DNA from: Takakia lepidozioides
Taxonomy: Eukaryota > Plantae > Bryophyta
Assembly: GCA_030704615.1 (NCBI GenBank)
Contig: CM060732.1
Location: 24,428,001-24,492,000 of the forward strand
Direction: 5' to 3'
Length of the DNA: 64,000 nucleotides
Shown: positions 57,026 to 64,000 of the stretch, piece after piece
How the letters are laid out: the number at the start of each line of letters is the position of its first letter
Numbering within the stretch: the first letter of the stretch is position 1
Position numbers and translations under genes: made by a program
Notes under the pieces: generated by a model
Told to the model about the DNA's origin: nothing
Seen by the model: the letters and a program-made list of their open reading frames with translations, nothing else
Database searches by the model: none

Positions 57026-57865
57026 ATGGGGGAGGAGACACGGAACTTTGTCTACAGAATAAGTCCAGAAGAGGAATGGCGGAGAGCTGAGGGTGATGCT
57101 GCCCTGCAGGGAGGTGAGCTGGATCAGACCTCGGGCTTCATCCATCTTAGCACTCTGGCACAGGTGAGTGGGCCTTCCCCTCTCTGCTCCCGGTGAGGAA
57201 GACTAGAGAACTCTTCAACGTAGGATCAAATCATAGACATTTGTTATGGAGATATGGGCATCTGTACAGATGAAGGTGTTGCATTCTAGTGTCTGTTGAG
57301 ATAGAGAGAGCTACACAATTGATGGAGAGATGTATCTGGAGTACAGGACATAACTAGGTGCAAGTCTTGGACGATGTTTTTGGGGTTCAGGTTGAGGGCA
57401 CGCTTGCAAGATTCTACGCAGGACGCCATGACTTGTATCTTCTCAAAATTGATGCCACCAAGGTCTGCTCATCGCAAGCCTTATTGGCTCTGAGTGTCAC
57501 GGCCATTAAGAGCATCTCTCTTCCAACAGCTCTTGCTTTTCGCTGTCTTGATATCATTCTTTCCTAAAGCTCATCTGCATTTCTTCTCTCTCTCTCTCTC
57601 TCTCTCTCGCAATTCAGAGTTAACTCGATTGGTCACATCTGTTGCATGTTGAGATTCGTCAAACGGAGCCACCTAACAGTGTTTTTGCTTTGAGATGATG
57701 ATGTGTCAGCTTGGTGATGGGTTGCGTTATGAAGAAGTAGAGGGTGTGGGGCTCTTTCCGCACTTCTACGGTCCTCTTGGTAATTGTGCACGGTTACCTC
57801 TCTCCACCATAGAGTCGACTTTCAAGCTGAAATTGGAAAATGGCAAGCATATTCTGCCTTTCTAG
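57026..57865 (+). CDS. DUF952 family protein; exons 57026..57163,57391..57462,57710..57865, 121 aa
   Basis: FVYRIS..EEW...GGELD..SGFIHLST..QV..TLARFY.GR.DLYLLKID..KLGDGLRYE....FPHFYGP; GT-AG introns in frame. Confidence 0.9.
57584..57608. repeat. (CT)n microsatellite in a DUF952 intron
   Basis: Visible dinucleotide run. Confidence 0.9.
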
Positions 57866-58813
57866 TTTTCCATGGATAGGGCCACTGGCATTAACATGTC
57901 TACTGGAGCTAGAATTCTTGACCAAGATTGGGCTCTGAAGTTGAGAGAGGGACATGTATTCAGCTCTCAAGGTTGTGGATGACTCTCAATCACATGCTCC
58001 TGTGGCGTAGCTCTTGGCTGCCTTCAGGTTAGAAGTACAGCATGCATGTTTTTTCAAGAGGAACAATTTCAGAAAGCAAGATAGGGAGGTGATACCTGAA
58101 GGTGTAATTTGCTGCAAAGGATGGGAGGTGACACCAGGGAAGGCACAACAGGGGCTTAGCCATTTTGGAACACTGATGTGTGTTCTCATTTTTAGAATAA
58201 AGACGAGCCAATAAATGCATGCGCGAATATGCAAACCCATGAGGTGTATGTATTGCTCATCTCCACCAAGATATTTCCTCACTTTGTGTACATGTTTTAT
58301 TGGCAAAATTTTAGTTGCCCACTGAAAATTCAGAAACTAGTTTGAGTGTAGAGCAAGAATAGTGAGTGTCATCGTCTCTTTGTATAAGCTGCCTGAATTG
58401 GGGAAAAGAAAAAGAAACAAAATCCGACTCACTTCAAAAAATCATTTTGTCAATCATGGGCTGTGAACTCCTTACTGAATCTACACAAAGGTCAGCTGTT
58501 GGGGGCTTGGAACAAGCTGCTCTGTGAGGGGCTATGTTCTCTCTGAGTGCAACTAGTTTAAGGGGATGCCCTAATGTCCGAGGTAACACTGAAGTAACCT
58601 AACCTACAACCCCACCCGAATCTTACCAAAATGGTCACCTAGCAGCCCTATGAGGGCCAGCAAGTTCTTAATGTTGACAAACTTTAACTAGGGGTCTGAT
58701 CTCAATTGTGACTGGAACAAATGTGCTGACCTTAAAATTGCAGACGTATCATGATACGGTACACTCATACCAAAGAGTGCAATCAAGGCACAGCTAACCT
58801 CTCTGATTTGTGC

Positions 58814-59608
58814 TTAGACTTTCGGTGATGACGATCGCCTGTTGAAAAAGGAGTTGATGGAATTTCCTAAGCCAGTGCTGAGTGCTTGAGCCAACTGGCT
58901 TGCCTGGAGTATACCACACCAATTAGCAGGTCAAATGGAATCCAAGTAGACCTCTTCACTCACCTGACCTGAGTCCATTATGAAGACATGTTCCCTTTGA
59001 TTGCTAGCAGTGAAGTCAGGTATCACTCTGAACTGTTCCAAACAATTAGATGGAAAGGCATAAATAACAATCGGGAAACATCCTGAAGGGTTTTGCAAAG
59101 TCTGAGGTACGGATATATAGAGGGATGATATATGGAGTCTAGTTGACTCACCTCTTGAGCAGTCTTGCGGCAATCTATAGCATCCTTGATCCGGCGCCCT
59201 AAAAAGGTCCATGTGTCACGGAATCCTGGCCAACTCAAATTCCAATCTGCGCCACAGATGAGAAACTGGTTTGCACAACACGAGCAAATCAACCACATAG
59301 GCGTAGTCACCAAATTAGAAAGAACAGGTGATCCTTGTGAATTGAAGTAACAAAAAGTTCCTTGCCTGGGGAGAAGTCAGTGAGCATGTAGAGCTCCGTC
59401 GCGGTGTAGATGCCCCCTAACAGAGTGCGCTTGGTATACCAATCCATGTCTGTTGATTGGTCGCCTGCCGCATGCCATATGTCATCCATCAACACTGCTC
59501 TTTGTTTCAATGATGTTGAAATATTCAATGGATTGGCCTGCCCACCCAAGCCCAGCGTATTAACGACCCTGCTTTTGCTAATTGTGGCCATTATTTAGGG
59601 TCAACTTC

Positions 59609-59644
<36 letters not shown>

Positions 59645-61618
59645 TCACTATATTTTGCTTGCCATAGATTTCCACCATACATCCTGCACCGTGTTTGGAA
59701 AGAGCAGCCTAGGAGGGTGACTTACCATCACAACAGCTGCTCCAGTACTGTGATTTAACTTCAGATTGCAAGAATCCAAGTGACAATCAGCCCACAAATC
59801 ACAATCCATTATGAAAATCTATTAGCCCACCCTCAATACTGCAGTGTTGAAGTATGACTTTTGTGTTTTCCTGCAATCTAACCATAGAAAATAAGCTCCA
59901 CTGGTAGGCTGAGTAATGACAACATCGTTTCTGGTGGAAACCTGAATGCTGAGAGCCTGGGCCCACTTGGAGACATAGGGGGCCTGCATCTCTAGGCGAA
60001 AATGCACAATGGAGGAAACACAATCAGCCAGAAGCATGGCAGATAGCTCCTTCTCAGGGGCCTCCAGCTCATCGGCCAATCTGTTGTTGCAATCATCCAT
60101 GAAATACTGCATTGAACATGACGGAAGGACATCACTCTTAGCAAAAATGAACAATTTTCATCAGGTATTTACATGTTGCATAGTGCTGATGCAATTGAAA
60201 CACACCTCAGTTTGTTAGGCAGAAAGACCTGAGAGCTCTAAACGAAGCCCTAATACTATGCTCGGAGAACAGAATAATTCTAAGATGGCAGAATGGGACT
60301 TCTGCTACCAAACCATTGATATCTGGCGACACCAGCAAACAAGAGTGGGCAGGATGCCTGGTGGCTCAATATGCAGGCCAAATAATGAAAATGACTGCAT
60401 TATTAATCACAGGTCATCATCTGTACTGAAATTAGAAGCTTTTTATGTGGGTAAGAGAAGTAGCTTAAAAATAATTTATCTGAGTTCAAACGTGAGTAGA
60501 CCACATCAAAGCACCCAACATGCAAAAGAGTCTTGCATTCCTTCATCCAAGTGCGCCCGTGAGGATGCAGACCTCAACCAAAGCTGCATCTTTGCGTGGG
60601 AAAGCACCCACAATGGCAGGAGACAGCCCCACCTCTTTTGCTCCCGCTACTAGTGCAGACTCCATCCACCCCAGCTGGCTCTGCAACCTTTACCAAAATC
60701 ATATACTGAGAACCTCTACTCACCTTTTGCACATTGCCAGAGGATGTACATGAGGTTATGTAACAGAACATGATTGCACAATTGACCTGCAGTCAGAAAG
60801 CCAAACATTGAGAACCATGCAACACGAAGGCAATTGGCATGTATTTAATACCACATGCGCCATTGCCGCTCGCAGGATTTTTGTCTTTTCATCTTCTTCC
60901 TCCTCCTCCTCCCCCTTGGGCGCACTCTTTGCTTCTTCCTTGGTTCTTCCCTCACTCTTTGTAGTTTCTTCTGCAGCTCATACAGCAACAGTGGAATGCA
61001 CCATAAAACTTGGGGACAAACTATGGGACATACGTGCTGTAGTCATAACCCCTAGACTCTATTACCCATCTCTGTCTGTAGGACTACGCATTATCACTGA
61101 AACAAGGTTGCCCAATTCCAAGGATGCCTCACAAGCCCGAATTGAAGGAATGATGCAACCCAACATAATGCGCCAGTATTTCAACGGTTGTGCATTAAAA
61201 CCTGTCTATTGTCTGTATACGAGGTCAATTTGAAGTAAAGCAGATGACTCTGGATGTGTTTTCGTTATGGCTGCAGACATCACATACCCTGATTCTGTAT
61301 AGTGCGAATGAGGGGGTGTACATATTACTGTACTGAAATTTTCTTTGTGCACAAAGTATCCAAAGCAATTGCGCCATGACCATTCTCAACGCTAACAGCT
61401 AACAATTATGTGAAGATAGATACTCGGCGACCCAATGTATGCGAACGTCCTCTTTGGAAATATGAAATTCCAGAACCGAGCTTACCGGCCCCTCCTTCAT
61501 CGTGTCGTGGGACTTCCGCAGCCTGCCCGGGGGCTCCAGTGGAGGATCGTCTTAGGGCTGCGGGCCCATAGGCTCCTAACGCTCTTTCATAACTGTGCCA
61601 GGATCTCAGGGGGTGCAT
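58814..61618 (-). CDS. COQ9: Ubiquinone biosynthesis protein COQ9, mitochondrial; exons complement(61486..61618,60852..60970,60573..60680,59942..60106,59366..59537,59152..59225,58814..58903), ~286 aa; start codon tentative
   Basis: ILRAAMAHV..LGW...L.AGA.EVGLSPAIVGAFPRKDAALVEYFMDDC, RLEMQAPYVSKWAQALSIQA.P.N..TSLKQRAVLMDDIWHAAGD.STDMDWYTKR.LLGGIYTATELYMLTDFSPGFRDTW.FL.RRIKDA. Confidence 0.92.
59610..59637. repeat. Compound (GT)n(GA)n microsatellite in a COQ9 intron
   Basis: Visible dinucleotide runs. Confidence 0.9.
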
Positions 61619-62383
61619 ATCCCCCACAGACTTGCTCTAAGGGCAGGGAGGTGCCTCCATTCTTAGACTTGTTGGCTTCATGGCTGCATTGCGGAAACCT
61701 TCCAGAAGCAAGCGACAATGACAACGAGGACGATGAAGAACCAGATTCGGGAGGGCTTGTTAACGAGTCAAGCCAATGCCAGTCCCTCAGCAGCCGAGGC
61801 GCTCGAAATGTGCGCATGGGAGCCATACAATTCCCCCCAACTCTTCCAAACTACTTTCTTCCCTTTCTCTTTCCGTCAATCTCTCTCTCTCTCGGTTTAT
61901 CAAACAGCCCATACCATCTAGCAGTTTGCCACAACGGGCAACCTCCCATCACCCCTATGCTGCATTCATTCTCGATCAGCCATCTTCAACAAGAGAAGCA
62001 TGAAAGCTCCATGCACCAATTTCTTGCAAATCTTGGGGGGAGCGAACCCCAAACATGATGCTCCAGTTTACTCTCCGACGAAAGAACTGCATGTGCACTT
62101 GTGCCATGTATATTAGAGGAGCGTTCCCATCAACTGGATATCCTCTTTTACTGCCTATTGGAAGAGCATCCAGAGTTGTGCAGTAATAAATGGTGGGCAC
62201 TGGTGGATCTTGCCCCATTCCCAAACCAGGTTTAAAGTCAATGCCGCTTAAATTAATCATTTATCCATCCTTTGATGATGCTATAGAGTCTCTCTAATAA
62301 TGACAGATGGCAAAGGGCCCCTTGCGTCAGCAATGCGAGCTTGTGTGTAGCAAGCTTCATGCAAAGCACAGTGCCACCCTCCA

Positions 62384-63857
62384 TCAAGCAGCTTGGGCTG
62401 CAACCTCAGAAGCGAAGTTCTTTTCTTCCCTGTAAGGACCACAATCCAAGTTTAAGTGAAGCCATTGGGAACACCTTCAACTTGTAAACCGGTGCACAAA
62501 AAGCACCAACCAGGCATAACATCAGAAGTTGCGAGTGTCTGTTGCACAGGAAGCTTAGCATTATTGGCACATTTTCCTCCAACAACGAGGTGAGTGTAGA
62601 CAAGATCACAGGTGCAACTGACCTGCCTTTGTTCTGGAACAAACAAGTGAAAAGGATGTTACATGGAGAGAATACTTCGATTGAATTCGGCTGGGGCCAT
62701 TACCACTACACATGCGTCACAACAGTAAGTACCTGTGAATCCCGTCACCAACCTCCATTCGCAAAAAACTGCCAATACTTACTCGACTTCCCAACTTCTT
62801 GGAGAGATCCTCAAGCACAGCCTGTTCCAATAATATATGGTGACTTCGTTTGACAACCATCCCCCCACCCCATGTTGACTGTGAAATCTGACTGTTCCCC
62901 ATTCAGCGCTAATCGGGAAGCCCTCTTAACCCTCCCCAATAAACTTCATGCCACCTCCCCACTCAATGTTGTCCCAAAGCACCTGTGCCAAAGTGCGGTA
63001 AGGGACACCTCGACGATAAGCGCAACGCAAATTTGCTGGCTTACAAAGAGCACAGGATCACAATTTAACCAGTGACATCAGGGAACCTATCATCCCGTGT
63101 GAGTGCTCCAATTGAAAAAAGGTACAGGACTCCTAGCCCATCTATGACAACTTCCACAGTGAATTCCATGAACACAAAGGGATACCTACCCCAGCTATAT
63201 CTTAACCTTCCAGCCTGTGGGTGCAATGCAAAGGAGATGGACAACGAGAGGGAAGGTGGTGTGGAGTATAATTATACCAACCTGCACAGTCAAAGACTCG
63301 TTCACAAAACTTCTCTCGAGAGAAAGAAAACAAGAATTTTCCAGATATTTGCGAAGGCGGCCCTCCACCATCTCTGATACGGCAGGTGGTTTGCCTGTTG
63401 CAACTGCCTGCATCACGTTCCATCTGTAGTTTAGTGTCTCACAGACACTATCGAATGCCGTCACTTATAGTTTATGCAGTTGTTCACATTTGGAAGGGCG
63501 GAGGAATACAATAAGGATTATTTGACAAAAGTAACTGTAAGATCAATTTATCAGGACTAAATCCACTGACATCCTCACACGCAGATTCAAGGTATAAGGT
63601 TCCCCAAATGCGGAACTCCAAGAAACTTCAGTTTGTTGGTACCAAGAGCCAGGTGATACCTGAGACCTGAAAATATCCCGCTCATGCTGCAAGGAATTTG
63701 CAGCCACATGTTGCTTTGACAGAAACAATGGGTGGCTTGCCACCACATGCATGGCTAGCGACACCCCAACTTCTGCTTCCTGCCCCTGCCCATCCAGTCT
63801 CTGGCCTTCCTCCTCTGGCTCCAAAGTTACTACTCCAACAATCCGCGCAAGCTCTGT
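62384..63857 (-). CDS. Elongation factor Ts, mitochondrial-type, 3' part only (5' exons lie beyond the window); exons complement(63660..~63857,63282..63407,62733..62821,62384..62429)
   Basis: LARIVGVVTLE, VGVSLAMHVVASHPLFLS, ERDIFRSQ, GKP..V.EMVEGRLRKY, IGSFLRMEVGDGI and the terminal NFASEVAAQ typical of EF-Ts. Confidence 0.88.
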
Positions 63858-64000
63858 CTGCAAATCCAGTACATAATTGCTCACATACACACAATTGCCC
63901 ACAAACTTGCTCCCTTAGTTGAACTGTAGTGCCTCATGTAGTGTTGGGGGAGGGGGGTGGCAGGGAAGTTGGTTCATGTGTACTAGCAAAGTGGACCCCA

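Noticed and set aside
61435-62058. 207-aa plus-strand ORF and 79-aa minus-strand ORF (61587..61826)
   Set aside because: They overlap the COQ9 first exon and 5' region and have no recognisable domain. The minus-strand one might be a uORF, but there is no support.

Overview
Eukaryotic land-plant genomic DNA (spliceosomal introns, PLS-class PPR fragments, plant-specific genes; probably a non-seed plant, which is inference). Two ordinary gene neighbourhoods flank a ~35 kb transposon-derived block. Left (1-8.9 kb): RPH1, a TVP38/TMEM64 (SNARE-associated) gene and an F-box/kelch gene. Right (44-64 kb): a DUF707 gene with a near full-length antisense LINE (17-bp TSD) in an intron, a piggyBac-like TTAA MITE, a DUF952 gene, COQ9 and the 3' part of mitochondrial EF-Ts. 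The central block (~8.9-39.6 kb) starts and ends with two long imperfect hairpins. Their arm sequences are unrelated, but both have the same apex (GA, 4-bp GC stem, GGTA loop, GA/AA) and a neighbouring TTTACG/CGTAAA motif. Between them lie a decayed At4g13970-type MULE/SWIM-family transposase and several decayed cargo ORFs (Ulp1-like, zf-XS-like, a possible OB-fold). Nested inside are a complete 11-kb CACTA element (GGG TSD), whose spliced TnpA-like gene contains an FCP1/NIF HAD-phosphatase domain, and a second truncated CACTA carrying PPR and OSB-motif fragments. The best candidate for an undescribed system is this hairpin-capped, cargo-carrying element family, followed by the TnpA-phosphatase fusion. 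All family assignments come from motif recognition by eye; no searches were run.
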